Under the pieces are notes generated by a model, which was not told the DNA's origin, ran no database searches, and saw only the letters and a list, made by a program, of their open reading frames with translations. From Desulfatiglandales bacterium (GTDB lineage: Bacteria; Desulfobacterota; DSM-4660; Desulfatiglandales; Desulfatiglandaceae), in contig OY759599.1 in the NCBI GenBank assembly GCA_963662465.1, positions 7,392,001 through 7,456,000 on the forward strand: DNA of 64,000 nt. The letters are read 5' to 3'. Positions 48,823 to 59,581 of the stretch are shown piece by piece. Made by a program: the position numbers and the translations under genes. How positions within the stretch are numbered: position 1 is the first letter of the stretch; each line of letters begins with the position of its first letter.

Positions 48823-51720
48823 TTACGGCGTGGGCGGCAGTATTGCTTTGACGGTTACCGACTCCTCCCGAATTCCTAAATCCCCCAGGAAACCGTTCCC
48901 CTTGACTTTGACGGTAAGGGTATAGGTTCGGAGTCTTCTGGGAACAAAGACAACCTCCTGTACCCAGTACTTTTCGAGGTTATTATAGTAAGGGGGGTAA
49001 ACCGTCATATCATTCTGATATTCGGGCGGCGCCACACTCCAGGAAAAATCGCAGTCCGTGCCGTCGCAAATGAGGTTGTTGATGCCGTCCATCAGATAGG
49101 GGGAAAATTTGCATTCGTGGGATACAATGACGTCTTCGTCACCGAAGGCGTATATTTCGGGAAGCGAAAAAATCCGTTCACCTGGAAAAGGCCTTTCGTA
49201 ATGGAAACCGCTGGTTCCGGAATTGTTCGTGAAAGGTTGAAACCATGATTTTGAGCGCATTGAATGGGCATGGTAAACGTCAAAGCGTTCAAATTCCTTA
49301 AGGGACCCCTGCTCCGGTTCCATTTGAACGGAAAACTGTATGATCGAGTTTTTCAGAAGGAACTGTTTTGTGAACATGCCCGCCGTGAATTCGGGGTTCA
49401 GGTAAAAGTCCCATGTGGCGTCATTGATGTTGTCCATGCGGCAGGTGAGCGTATGCATTGGAGAGGTCGAGTCGCCTGAAAATTGCCACCCATTGTTCCT
49501 GGACCAGCTGGTGGTGGAGGACATTTCGGTTTCAAGGTCAATGGGGGCTGTCATGTGGAGTGGTTCTTTGGCTGAAAAGGTAATCCCTCCGTACAATGTG
49601 AATCCGTTGGTTTCATGGATCGGCAACGTCCCCGACAAAAGGTCAAAGGCGCTGTAACGGGTGGTAAGGGGCATCAGGTAGTTGCCCGAGTTTTCAAGGG
49701 GTTGATCCAGGGCAAATTCGAGTTCACCTTTGATATTCAAGGGTCCCGTCAAACGGGTTTTGAGGGCCAGCAAGCCTTCGGCGTCGTATTGCCCACTGAT
49801 CATCAGCCTGGGCTCAAAACGGATGCCGTATCGGAAGTCTATGCCGGGATAGAGGGCGCCGTGAAATGGAAGGTTTTCATCCGACAGGTCATCCAGGACG
49901 GGCCATGAAACCGTTAAATTCAATTCTCCATCGCTGATAACCTGGTCAAGAGAAGCTTCCTCCACTACCAGAATGGTCAGGCTGCCGTCGGTATAGACAA
50001 CGGTAATTTTCCCCAGGCGAAGCTTTGCCGTATCCATGTCCCCATAGATCAGGAAATCATCCGTTTCAAACCGGTCGGAATAGTCGCCGTCAAAGGTCAT
50101 TTTGCTGTAGGAATATTCGATGGGGGTTGAAACAATGTCCGTCAGGATTTTCGGGGTCCGGCGAAGGGTCAACTGTGATTGTTTTGCCGGAAGGGAGGGC
50201 AGGGGCGTGCTTACGGCGCCGTTTTGCGCTTCCGCCTGAACCAGGAAATAGTGGGTGCTGGTTTCTTCGGGTATGGGGATGAGCGCGGATGTGGCGCCCG
50301 TGACGCTCATAAGCAGATTTTCCGGACGGCACAGATCGTTGGTATCTTCGCTGGGCCCCATGTAAATATGGTAGGTCATTTGGTCCGGCGGGGTACCCAT
50401 ACACGATGCTTCCCCCCAGGACAGCCAGGCCGTGGACAGCGTTTCGCCTGATGTCTCGTCCGTGACGGTGCAGGCCGCGACCGTTTGCAACCCTTTGAAG
50501 AACACTTCTTCGGTATTGGGAACAAAATGGGCTGTGACAACGGCATTGCGGGGATTCGTCAGCCAAAAACGCGTGTCAGCCTCAGAAGAGTTGTTTATGC
50601 GGATGTGGGCATCCGTTTCCCAGTGACTGAACCGGAATCCTTCCGCGGGGGCGGCACTGATTCCAAAGGCTTTATTCAATGTGGGGGCAGTGTCGCCCGT
50701 GAGTTCGCTTTGGACGGTTCCACCGTCAAGGGGGTCGGCTTGAAGGGTGATTTCGGGCTGCAATGAAAAGGCGGCCGTCACCGTACCGTCCCCCTCTAAC
50801 GTCACAAACGCGGTTCCATCAGGCGCCTCCATGATGGCGCCGTTCCCCTCAAGCCGCCAACCGTTGAAATACCCATTTTGCTGGTCGTCGTGGACCGGCA
50901 GGGCGGATATTTCAAAGGGTTGTCCCAGCGCGATCAGATATTCGCCCGGTTCGGGAAAACTGCTCCCCAGGTCGGACGGTTCCACCTGTAGCTTCAGCAT
51001 AACATCGCTTTTCAATTTCCGTTTTAATTGAACCGTGGTTTTTCCGGCGCCGCTTTTCAGTTCCATCCATAAATCCACATCAACGGGAAGCGCTTCATCC
51101 GGCATCACTTTCACTTGGCTGTTGCCGGCAAACGGGTCCATGCAACCGGCATCCGGCCTTCCGAGCGCGTCGGGATAGGGCAATGGGCGTACATAGGCGC
51201 ACTGAATGGATCGAGTGATGCCGTCCTGGTCAAAAAAAGCTGAAATCCCGGGATTGACGCCGAAGAAACGCCCTTTCAGGAAATAGATATCCTTATCTTC
51301 CGGTCCGGGACATCGAAGCACGTCCGTTATTTCGGGCGCTTTCACCATAACGTCGTCATAAATGGACATCGGTTTTAAAAACCCCCGTCCACTCAATGGT
51401 ATCAACCATATTTCACAGGCCCCGACCGGCGTTTTGTCCGGGAATTGACACAATATTTCCGGGGTTCCTCCCCCTTGGAACATGGACGCGGGCGTTATAA
51501 CGGTGAGACGGTTATAACCGGAAAACCCTTCCCCTTCTTTATGGAGTATAAAAACCAGGGGTTTGTTTTTAAAGGATTTAAGTCCCGCGTCGGATGCGGT
51601 GATCTTTATGGCGGATCCAGAGGTGATTTCAATGGTATCCCCGGCGAATCCGGAGAGGCTGTATCCACACACTGACAATATCACGAAAGACAAAAAGCAC
51701 AATCTGGTTATAATTTTCAT
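48823..51720 (-). CDS. Large secreted protein with InlB-B/bacterial repeat and FN3-like domains (paralog 2)
   Basis: Signal peptide; repeats ISA.P..G..F..W.......T.......VTA.F; LSWGEA.......TYHIY. Confidence 0.75.
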   Translation of the reverse strand: MKIITRLCFLSFVILSVCGYSLSGFAGDTIEITSGSAIKITASDAGLKSFKNKPLVFILHKEGEGFSGYNRLTVITPASMFQGGGTPEILCQFPDKTPVGACEIWLIPLSGRGFLKPMSIYDDVMVKAPEITDVLRCPGPEDKDIYFLKGRFFGVNPGISAFFDQDGITRSIQCAYVRPLPYPDALGRPDAGCMDPFAGNSQVKVMPDEALPVDVDLWMELKSGAGKTTVQLKRKLKSDVMLKLQVEPSDLGSSFPEPGEYLIALGQPFEISALPVHDDQQNGYFNGWRLEGNGAIMEAPDGTAFVTLEGDGTVTAAFSLQPEITLQADPLDGGTVQSELTGDTAPTLNKAFGISAAPAEGFRFSHWETDAHIRINNSSEADTRFWLTNPRNAVVTAHFVPNTEEVFFKGLQTVAACTVTDETSGETLSTAWLSWGEASCMGTPPDQMTYHIYMGPSEDTNDLCRPENLLMSVTGATSALIPIPEETSTHYFLVQAEAQNGAVSTPLPSLPAKQSQLTLRRTPKILTDIVSTPIEYSYSKMTFDGDYSDRFETDDFLIYGDMDTAKLRLGKITVVYTDGSLTILVVEEASLDQVISDGELNLTVSWPVLDDLSDENLPFHGALYPGIDFRYGIRFEPRLMISGQYDAEGLLALKTRLTGPLNIKGELEFALDQPLENSGNYLMPLTTRYSAFDLLSGTLPIHETNGFTLYGGITFSAKEPLHMTAPIDLETEMSSTTSWSRNNGWQFSGDSTSPMHTLTCRMDNINDATWDFYLNPEFTAGMFTKQFLLKNSIIQFSVQMEPEQGSLKEFERFDVYHAHSMRSKSWFQPFTNNSGTSGFHYERPFPGERIFSLPEIYAFGDEDVIVSHECKFSPYLMDGINNLICDGTDCDFSWSVAPPEYQNDMTVYPPYYNNLEKYWVQEVVFVPRRLRTYTLTVKVKGNGFLGDLGIREESVTVKAILPPTP

Positions 51721-51761
51721 TGGTTTGCTCCTAAGAAAACCCTCTCCTTGATGGTTAAAAT

Positions 51762-54700
51762 CTAATCATTCTCGGTCACGGTCACTTTCCACCACTTCTC
51801 CGGAATAAGAAAATCAGGGGTGTTGAAACAAACGGGGCGTGCTCGAAGATAGTATATGTCCGTGTGGTTCGGTTGTTCCGGGTCATATTTCGGTAGGTTG
51901 ATCCCCCAATATTGAGCAAGAATCCACAGTTCGTATGGATTGGGCTCAACTGCGGGGTACTGCTTGACTTTGCTGAAATGAAGGGAGGGGCCACTGCGGG
52001 CGTCCGTTTCCACCATTTTCCCTCCTGTTTCCTTGTACCATTTCCATTTCGCCGTCCTGATGGGGTTATGTACGCCGTCTTCCCATATCTGGGTTCTTTG
52101 AGGAATGAATTCCCATTTCTCATTCGTTGGTTCGTCAGTAGACCCGGCAGGGGTTGGATTGGCTGCATAGGGAATGTCACTAATGCGCGGCAACGAAAAG
52201 ATTTTATCCCATGTATCGGGAGGAACATATGTGAAGGGTTGAAGAGACGTTTTAAGGGCGTTGGCTGAGGTAAGCACATTGATTTTTTGTCCCACCCATA
52301 GCGTTAAATCAGAAAAAATGAGGTCATTAAGGTAATTTATATGTGCCCTAGTGTTTGCTAAAGCGAAATCTTTCACCCAAGCTCGGCATTTAAGGCCGGC
52401 ATTTAGGCCGAAACGCATCTTCGTTGAAAAATCCATGTTCAGGGTTCCCGAAAAAACGCCTCCAGAATCAACTCGAAGTTGTTGGTCAATTTTTCCCACG
52501 GGCTGGCATTTCCACCCGTTTTTATGGTCCCATGAGCTCTTGAATTTAAAACTGACGTCCGCGTCATAATGTTCGACGATTTTAAGGTTAGACTTGCCCG
52601 TGTATTTGATGTTCATCAATAGATAGAAATCCAGATACTTGGACAAAGCGCGAATGCCGTAGGCTTGATCCGGGTATTTCTTGATGATGGTTTGGTTGTC
52701 TAGATATATCCCGTTTTTTTCGAAGTCGTAATCACCCGTCGAGTTAATGTACAATTCCCCATGAATGCTGAACTGTATGTCACCGTAAAGGGAAAAATAG
52801 CTTAACGTACCGTTCAGAAAGGGGATTGAGTAATCAAATTTACTACGGGAAATGTTTATGGAATACTCGAACCTGACGTCCGGGTTAATGTCAATTACAA
52901 ATCGAGTGTTTTTTTCAAGTGAATTTCCGGACCGGTCGGAAGAACGATCCATCAGGAGAAAACGGTTTTCAGGATGCCTATAAACCCGATGATTCGCCAT
53001 TTGTTCTTCACGAATGCGTGGTCCCCATACAGCATCATCCGAATTTTCTTCCGGCGCTTCCCGGGACAGGCTGTCCTTTAAAGATGAGTTTATGGACAGA
53101 GCGCCGCTGATTTCACCGGATTCGATAACGTCGGATAAGCTGCCGTCTTCCAGCCAAATGACGGTATTATCATCTTCGTCAAGGTATATGAGGAAAACTT
53201 TTTGGAGTTTCGCCGGGGGAATGCCGGGAATTGCAACCTCCACGGTATCTCCATAACCGACCGACTCCCAGTAATTGCCTTTCAGCGTGACGATTTTTTC
53301 GTCCTCCGATAATTGGTAGTTATCCGCACCGACCAAATTCAGCAGATTTACCAGTCTTCCTTTATAAACAGTTGCTTCACCCACTGATATTTTTATGGGT
53401 TGCTCGGGAATGCTGGCGTTGCCTTGATTGTCCACCGCTATAGCCTGTGCGTAGAGGACGACCGGTCCGTTCCGGACCTGAACCTTGGCGCTCAGAACTC
53501 CCATAACGGATGACGCCAGATTTTGTTCCTGAAAGAGCTCTTCAAAGGAACTTGATTCGCCGATGTAAATTTGATACTTGACGTCCCCTTTCGCGGTGTC
53601 CACGCATATGGCCGGCGCCCAGGTTAGCCAAAGGAAAGATTTGCCTTCTCCTTCATCCTCATAAGTGTCGGATTCAGCGGAAACAAGCCCCGCGAATTGA
53701 ACCCCGGAGACGCCGTTCTCAGCGAAGTTCGCCGTGACCTCAGCGTCCTCGGTAAGCGTAACATCGGTTGTTAAAGCCATATTATTGCTTAAAGAAGCGT
53801 TTTCGGAAGCGGTCCATCCCGCAAAATGCCAACCGGAAAAGGAACTGGCTGAAATTTCAACGGGTTCGCCCGGTGTTACCACAGCGGTTTGATCGGGTAG
53901 GGGCGCGGTGGTTCCGCTTCTCGGTTGGGAGACTCTCATGGTCAAGGTGGGATTGGCAATGCAGTTGGCTGTGATGACCGCGTCTCCATAGACGGTCACA
54001 TTGGTCCGGAGCGCCCCCGCATCTTCAAATGTCACCTCTCCCTGAGCCGTCCAGCCGCCGAAGGTATAATGAGGGGAAGGTGTGGCAATGATTTGGATAG
54101 ATTCGCCGGAGGTGGTTTTGAATTCCGTGCCGGATTCAGGTGTTGTAGCGCCCGCCGCCGGATCCGGACCGACATCCATGGTAACATTCACTTCTTCCCT
54201 GGATTGCCCTACCCGCAGGGTGGCGAATGCTTCCAATCCGGCCGGATTGCCCAACCCGATGGTGTATTCTCCGGATTTCAATGGCGTATGGGGAAAGAAA
54301 AATGAAAGCTCACTTAATCCGGTTCGCGGATCCATGCAGCTGGTTCCCGGTTGGGATGCGGCATCGGCGAAGGGGTAGGGCTGTTCGATTTTACAGGGGC
54401 GAAGCCGTCTTCCGGAAAAGGCCGAACTCCTGATAGGGCCGAAATTCTTCGACTTAATCCATATCTTGATCCCCTTGGCGCCGAAAAAGCGACCCACCAG
54501 GGTGGCCTTGGGAATGTCGCCGTCCTCTTTCAGCAGGACCGATTCAATGATCGGTTCTTCCACCATGAATTGGTCCGTAACCGGAATAGGACCGTCGGCC
54601 GGTTGACCCGGTTCGTTCCCGTTGGGCTGAACCCAGAGGCTGTAGGCGCCCGCCGCCAAAGGGGCTTTCACGTGACAAGCGATGCTGTTTACCGAATTAT

Positions 54701-54947
54701 TCTCGAAATACTCTGGGCTGGCCAGGACTTCAAGGGGGTATTCGCCAGCGGAGGAATCGTTTCGGGTTGCAAAAACGTCCGGTTTGGCCGTGAACCCGTC
54801 CTGCAGACCTACGGATTCGGCTGTGATGTAAAACAGAGAACCTTGCGTTGCATGGTACGCCGAAGGGGCGGCATTTCCGAAGGCGGTTGCAACATAGGTG
54901 ATGAATATCGACAGGGAGAGAAAGAAAATACGACTGCTTTTCGGCAT
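51762..54947 (-). CDS. Large secreted protein with InlB-B/bacterial repeat and FN3-like domains (paralog 1)
   Basis: Signal peptide; two ATP..HYTFGGW / GWHFAGW...VTANF repeats; LTWAPA.......KYQIY. Shares motifs with the downstream gene. Confidence 0.75.
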   Translation of the reverse strand: MPKSSRIFFLSLSIFITYVATAFGNAAPSAYHATQGSLFYITAESVGLQDGFTAKPDVFATRNDSSAGEYPLEVLASPEYFENNSVNSIACHVKAPLAAGAYSLWVQPNGNEPGQPADGPIPVTDQFMVEEPIIESVLLKEDGDIPKATLVGRFFGAKGIKIWIKSKNFGPIRSSAFSGRRLRPCKIEQPYPFADAASQPGTSCMDPRTGLSELSFFFPHTPLKSGEYTIGLGNPAGLEAFATLRVGQSREEVNVTMDVGPDPAAGATTPESGTEFKTTSGESIQIIATPSPHYTFGGWTAQGEVTFEDAGALRTNVTVYGDAVITANCIANPTLTMRVSQPRSGTTAPLPDQTAVVTPGEPVEISASSFSGWHFAGWTASENASLSNNMALTTDVTLTEDAEVTANFAENGVSGVQFAGLVSAESDTYEDEGEGKSFLWLTWAPAICVDTAKGDVKYQIYIGESSSFEELFQEQNLASSVMGVLSAKVQVRNGPVVLYAQAIAVDNQGNASIPEQPIKISVGEATVYKGRLVNLLNLVGADNYQLSEDEKIVTLKGNYWESVGYGDTVEVAIPGIPPAKLQKVFLIYLDEDDNTVIWLEDGSLSDVIESGEISGALSINSSLKDSLSREAPEENSDDAVWGPRIREEQMANHRVYRHPENRFLLMDRSSDRSGNSLEKNTRFVIDINPDVRFEYSINISRSKFDYSIPFLNGTLSYFSLYGDIQFSIHGELYINSTGDYDFEKNGIYLDNQTIIKKYPDQAYGIRALSKYLDFYLLMNIKYTGKSNLKIVEHYDADVSFKFKSSWDHKNGWKCQPVGKIDQQLRVDSGGVFSGTLNMDFSTKMRFGLNAGLKCRAWVKDFALANTRAHINYLNDLIFSDLTLWVGQKINVLTSANALKTSLQPFTYVPPDTWDKIFSLPRISDIPYAANPTPAGSTDEPTNEKWEFIPQRTQIWEDGVHNPIRTAKWKWYKETGGKMVETDARSGPSLHFSKVKQYPAVEPNPYELWILAQYWGINLPKYDPEQPNHTDIYYLRARPVCFNTPDFLIPEKWWKVTVTEND

Positions 54948-55173
54948 GCTGATCTCCTTACGGCCGTATTCCGGCGTTTCAGCCGCCTGTGGTTCAAGAT
55001 GTGGGCAAACACTCTTCGAGCCGTGCCGGTTACAAGCAAAAAAAGTGTTCCCTGGTACTCTTTGGCGGATCTTTTGTAAACAGCCATGCGATAAAGTGGA
55101 AATAAATGGGATTGAAGTGTAGCCGGTATCCCGATAATCCTTGACTTCCCACCGCCTGTTTTGTAATGACTAT

Positions 55174-55182
55174 TGCTATAAT
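55174..55182 (+). promoter_or_regulatory. Extended -10 element upstream of the LytS-like kinase
   Basis: TGCTATAAT about 60 bp before ATG 55241. Confidence 0.4.
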
Positions 55183-55240
55183 TTCACTCAGTATCCCTTC
55201 CGGCGCTCCAGTCTGGAAATGATTCCTTATCACTTTGTGC

Positions 55241-56290
55241 ATGGATAATCAAACACTTGATCCTAAAATATTTACTTCTCCCGGCAGATTCTTCAAGGCA
55301 CTGATAATTACCGTTTTGGTCAGTCTGTTTATCGGTTTTTTTCTGCATACGTTTATCTTAAATGGATCATTATTTGCTCATATTATGCTCAGTCTCACAA
55401 TGGGCCTGTCGATCTGTACCTCTATTAATCTGGCACTTTTTATTGTGCGGCCACGCCGTTATGGGTATTTATATATCACGGTTAGCGTCGGTCTTGCCTG
55501 CGGCATCATCATCGGAATTCCATTATTTCACATTTTTTCCGACAACTCTTACGGTCTCACGTCTGTGTGGAGAACACTTTTTCTGGGAGTCAGTTTAACA
55601 ATCCCTGTCAGCACGTTTTTTATTATTAGGCATAAACTCAACGACACCAGGTTCAAGCTTCAGAAAGAACAGATAAAGGCGCTGGGAAATGAAAAAAACG
55701 CATTGCAATCACGCTTAAAACTCCTACAAGCCCAGATTGAACCTCATTTTCTCTTTAACACCCTTGCCAATATCGAGGGGTTGCAGAAAAAAGATGGCGC
55801 AACAGCCAGGGCTATGCTGAATAATCTGACCTGTTATCTGCGCACAAGCTTAAAAAAAAGCCGGAAAACAAGCATAAAGCTGAAAGAGGAACTTACTACA
55901 ATACGAGCCTACCTTGAGATTTTCCAAATCAGAATGGGGAAACGTCTTTGTTACCGGATTGAGGTGGACGACAGCCTGCATGACGTATCCGTACCGCCCA
56001 TGTTGATTCAGCCCCTGGTGGAAAATTCCATCCTGCACGGCCTGGCGCCGAAAGCCGGAGGGGGCGAAATCGTGATCATGGCCAGGCGCATTCGGGACGG
56101 GATACAATTGGAAGTGTCTGACTCCGGCATCGGGCTTGATCTCAATAAAAAACAGGGGGTAGGACTCGCTAATGTCAAGGAACGTCTCGCCCTATATTAT
56201 CGCGGAGCGGCAACAATGGTCATGGAAGCCAATCAACCCACAGGATTGAGGATCATAATTGAAATACCATGGAAATTACCGCCATTATAG
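55241..56290 (+). CDS. LytS/YehU-family sensor histidine kinase
   Basis: N-terminal TMs, LQAQIEPHFLFNTL, IQPLVENSILHG, VSDSGIG, GVGLANVKERL. Confidence 0.92.
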   Translation: MDNQTLDPKIFTSPGRFFKALIITVLVSLFIGFFLHTFILNGSLFAHIMLSLTMGLSICTSINLALFIVRPRRYGYLYITVSVGLACGIIIGIPLFHIFSDNSYGLTSVWRTLFLGVSLTIPVSTFFIIRHKLNDTRFKLQKEQIKALGNEKNALQSRLKLLQAQIEPHFLFNTLANIEGLQKKDGATARAMLNNLTCYLRTSLKKSRKTSIKLKEELTTIRAYLEIFQIRMGKRLCYRIEVDDSLHDVSVPPMLIQPLVENSILHGLAPKAGGGEIVIMARRIRDGIQLEVSDSGIGLDLNKKQGVGLANVKERLALYYRGAATMVMEANQPTGLRIIIEIPWKLPPL

Positions 56291-57027
56291 TTGATGACGA
56301 ACCGGTCTTGTGCGAAAATCTGCAAAATATGCTGGCAGAGCAGTGGCCGGAGTTGTCTATTGTAGCGACCGCCGGAGATGGTAACAAAGCGGTACAGCTG
56401 GCTGAAAAATTGCGGCCGGATATTGTTTTTTTAGATATCCGCATGCCTGAAAAAACAGGCCTGGAGACAGCCGCAAAGATTGGCGACGCTTGCCGGATTA
56501 TCTTTGTTACCGCCCATGATGAATATGCCATTGAAGCCTTTGAAAAACAGGCTGTGGATTATCTGCTCAAACCGATCACGGCTGAAAGGCTGGCGCAGAC
56601 TGTGGCTCGTCTAAAAAAAGACCTTCACAAAAACAATATCCTGTCCACAACCGTTCTGGAAGCCTTACTTCACAACCGTAACGGGGTAATAGCACCTCCG
56701 TCATACCTGCAATGGGTCAAGGCCGGAAGTGGTGATCGAGTGCGATTAATTAACGTTGATGATGTCTGCTATTTTCAGTCTGAGGATAAGTATACCAGAG
56801 TCGTCACATCTTCCGGTGAAGAACTGATCAGAACCAGTATCAAACAATTGGCGGAATCTCTTAATCCGGAACAATTCTGGCGTATTCATCGTGCCACAAT
56901 TGTTAAGGTTACCAACATCAAACACGCTACCCGCTCATATACCGGACGTTATCGTATTGAACTGAACAGTCATGACACAATTCTTACATCCAGCCGCACT
57001 TATGGCTACCGCTTCAAACAGATGTGA
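56269..57027 (+). CDS. LytTR-family response regulator
   Basis: IVDDEP, FLDIRMP, FVTAHDEYA, DYLLKP, FWRIHRATIV. Confidence 0.94.
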   Translation: MEITAIIVDDEPVLCENLQNMLAEQWPELSIVATAGDGNKAVQLAEKLRPDIVFLDIRMPEKTGLETAAKIGDACRIIFVTAHDEYAIEAFEKQAVDYLLKPITAERLAQTVARLKKDLHKNNILSTTVLEALLHNRNGVIAPPSYLQWVKAGSGDRVRLINVDDVCYFQSEDKYTRVVTSSGEELIRTSIKQLAESLNPEQFWRIHRATIVKVTNIKHATRSYTGRYRIELNSHDTILTSSRTYGYRFKQM

Positions 57028-57145
57028 AAAAGAGCCGCTATGCCCGCGAAGAAAAATGATGCTCCGTTCAATATCGTTTCCAATCTTGCGTTTCATCATG
57101 CGAAGTTCATAAGTTAAGGGCGTTCTCTTACTCCAAAACTTCCAG

Positions 57146-59452
57146 TTATGTATTCGGTTCGATGAGATGCAGGTCCATCTGAGGAAAAGCAATTTCCACG
57201 CCGTGTTCCCTGAATTTCTTGAGGATGGCATAGCGGAGGTCCGAGGCAACGCGTTTGGAGCCGTCAAAATTCACCCAGAATTTGAGCCGGAAGTCCAGGC
57301 AACTGTCCTGAAAATTTTCAAACCGCACCCGCGGGGCGGGATGCTTGAGAACTTCCGGGTGTTCCCGGGCCGTTTCCAGCAACAGGCGTTCCACCAGGTC
57401 CGTATCACTGTTGTAATCGGCGCCCACGGCCACGACCAGCCGAACGGCCCGGTTTCCGCGGCTCATATTGACGAAGGGCATGGAAACCAGACTTGAATTG
57501 GGGATCAGCATGGTGGTGTCGTCGCGGGTTCGCACCAACGTACTTCGAACGGTCACCTTTTCTACCTCTCCCAAAACCAGTTCATGTTCGATCACATCCC
57601 CCGGCCGCACCGACCGGCCGAATAGAAGGATGAGACCGCTGACGAAGTTGTTGATGATGTGCTGCAGTCCAAATCCTATCCCAACACTCATACCGCCGGC
57701 AAGTACGACGATAGAGCTCAACCGGACGCCGATGATATGTAACAACAAAAGGCCATAAACCGTCCATACCCCATAGCTGACCATGGTCTCGATGGGCATC
57801 ATGACGGTTTTTTCCACGCCGGACTTTCGACCCAATCGTTGCACGCCGTTTTTGAGTACCTCCACCACCGGTTTGATCATGAAAAACAGGACCGTCGCGA
57901 TGACCATCTGAACAAAACCGAATTCAAGATCCTGCCAGGTGAATCGGATCTTGCTGGTCAGTTCGAGAATTCCCGAGTTCCCGAACTGGTCGGCCAGCCA
58001 CAGGAGGACAACCGCGGCACAGAGAAACCAGATGATGGGAATGGCCAGGCTGACGCTCACGGAATGAAACAGGGAATCGCCCTTCTCCTGCAATCGGGCC
58101 AGTCTTCGTCTGATGAGGTCGGACAAGGCCGAGGAGAACTGATAGAGGATGGCACAGAGAAAAAGCGTCAGGAAGACCTCGACGGATGGAAAGGTAAAGC
58201 CCGCCAGAGAAAGACCGATAATGGGAAAGCCGCTCCAGAAGCAGAAGCGGGCCAGCCTTCGGGGCGCAGGGTCTTTATATTGACCGGTTCTGCGCCACAT
58301 GAAGAGCATCATGATGCCTACCCCAAGCGGCCAGAGGACGCCAAGCAGTCGAAGGGGCATGTTGGCGATCTGTAAAATAATACCGGCGGCGAAAAGATAG
58401 AAGAGCGGGTAAAGGGGGGAGGAAAGGTTCGAATGGAGCTTGATGTTTCGTAACCCCCAGGCCAGAGAAATGGCGGCCAGGGCGCCGAAAATTACGGCGA
58501 GGTTGGAGAAAATGATGTTTTCCGGAAAAACACCGATCACGGCCGCTGCCCAGAAACCGGCACACAGGAAGACGGCGGGACTGGAAGTCCGGCATATCAA
58601 GGCCCATTGGTCCCGGTTTCCATCCGAACGGGCGCCGATCCGACCCATAACCCATCTGAAAAGAAGGAGAAAAATGAACCCGAAGGCCGGAACGGCAACC
58701 GCGGATTGGCCCCATTCCACGGGGGAATCAGGGGATTTTGAATCAAGGGTCGGCACGATGGCGTTGGCCCAGATGGCGCAGGACAAGGGGAGTTCCGCCG
58801 GAACCCCTTTGTTAAACAATACAAACAGCGGTTTCGTGAAGTAAATGGACCAAACAGCAGCCATTTCCGCTTTCAGCTCTTCATCCCATACCGTTAATAG
58901 CTTTTCCGCTTCCTCCGACTGCTTCAAAACCGCGTGAAGGGGTTCCTTGATTTTTAATTGCGCACTTCCAAATCGGTCCAGTTCACTTAAAAGCGCCTGT
59001 GCATCCTCTTTTTCTTTTGCGGAAGCAGCTGTTTGAACTATAAAACGCAGGTCCTCTCGCGCCGATTCAACAATGGAAAGATTGATCTGAATCTCCTGTG
59101 CCATTTCTCGAACGGCCCGTGTTTCTTTTGCAAGCCCATTCCGGAGTTCCGAAGCCTGTTTAAAGTACATGCGGACCTCAAATGGATTGGATTCGCTCAT
59201 GCCGATCAGAAACCTCAACTGGTGAGCCCTTGCCAGGCAATCGGCCACGGTGTCCTGATAGGCGTTGATCCTGGCCAATTTCGCCGGTAGGATTTCATCG
59301 ACGCGCCGGGTTAATTTGACCAGCAGGAGTTCTTTGGTTTTGACGATGTCGCTCAGATGGGTTTGCTGGGTTTTGGCGGCCATTGCCGGCGCATGGCTCC
59401 CCAGAGAAAATATGATTGCTGTTTGAACCAACAGGAGAATATAACGCTTCAA
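57146..59452 (-). CDS. Large MscS-family mechanosensitive channel (MscK-like)
   Basis: Signal peptide, coiled-coil, many TMs, GMSVGIGFGLQHIINNFVSGLILL, IPNS, IAFPQMDLHL. AAGGAG RBS before TTG 59452. Confidence 0.9.
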   Translation of the reverse strand: MKRYILLLVQTAIIFSLGSHAPAMAAKTQQTHLSDIVKTKELLLVKLTRRVDEILPAKLARINAYQDTVADCLARAHQLRFLIGMSESNPFEVRMYFKQASELRNGLAKETRAVREMAQEIQINLSIVESAREDLRFIVQTAASAKEKEDAQALLSELDRFGSAQLKIKEPLHAVLKQSEEAEKLLTVWDEELKAEMAAVWSIYFTKPLFVLFNKGVPAELPLSCAIWANAIVPTLDSKSPDSPVEWGQSAVAVPAFGFIFLLLFRWVMGRIGARSDGNRDQWALICRTSSPAVFLCAGFWAAAVIGVFPENIIFSNLAVIFGALAAISLAWGLRNIKLHSNLSSPLYPLFYLFAAGIILQIANMPLRLLGVLWPLGVGIMMLFMWRRTGQYKDPAPRRLARFCFWSGFPIIGLSLAGFTFPSVEVFLTLFLCAILYQFSSALSDLIRRRLARLQEKGDSLFHSVSVSLAIPIIWFLCAAVVLLWLADQFGNSGILELTSKIRFTWQDLEFGFVQMVIATVLFFMIKPVVEVLKNGVQRLGRKSGVEKTVMMPIETMVSYGVWTVYGLLLLHIIGVRLSSIVVLAGGMSVGIGFGLQHIINNFVSGLILLFGRSVRPGDVIEHELVLGEVEKVTVRSTLVRTRDDTTMLIPNSSLVSMPFVNMSRGNRAVRLVVAVGADYNSDTDLVERLLLETAREHPEVLKHPAPRVRFENFQDSCLDFRLKFWVNFDGSKRVASDLRYAILKKFREHGVEIAFPQMDLHLIEPNT

Positions 59453-59581
59453 AGTAAGGACTCCTTGGAATAGAGAAATGGATTGACCTGCATTTCGTAT
59501 TAATGAATAGTATGAATACGAAGTGGGAATTTCAATGAAAATCAGCTTTTGCGTAGCGATGCCGATGAAAGGAGAACCCAA

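Noticed and set aside
54960..55100. GGGCAAAC-containing intergenic stretch as a c-di-GMP-I riboswitch
   Set aside because: The GAAA tetraloop and GACGCAAAG core are missing.
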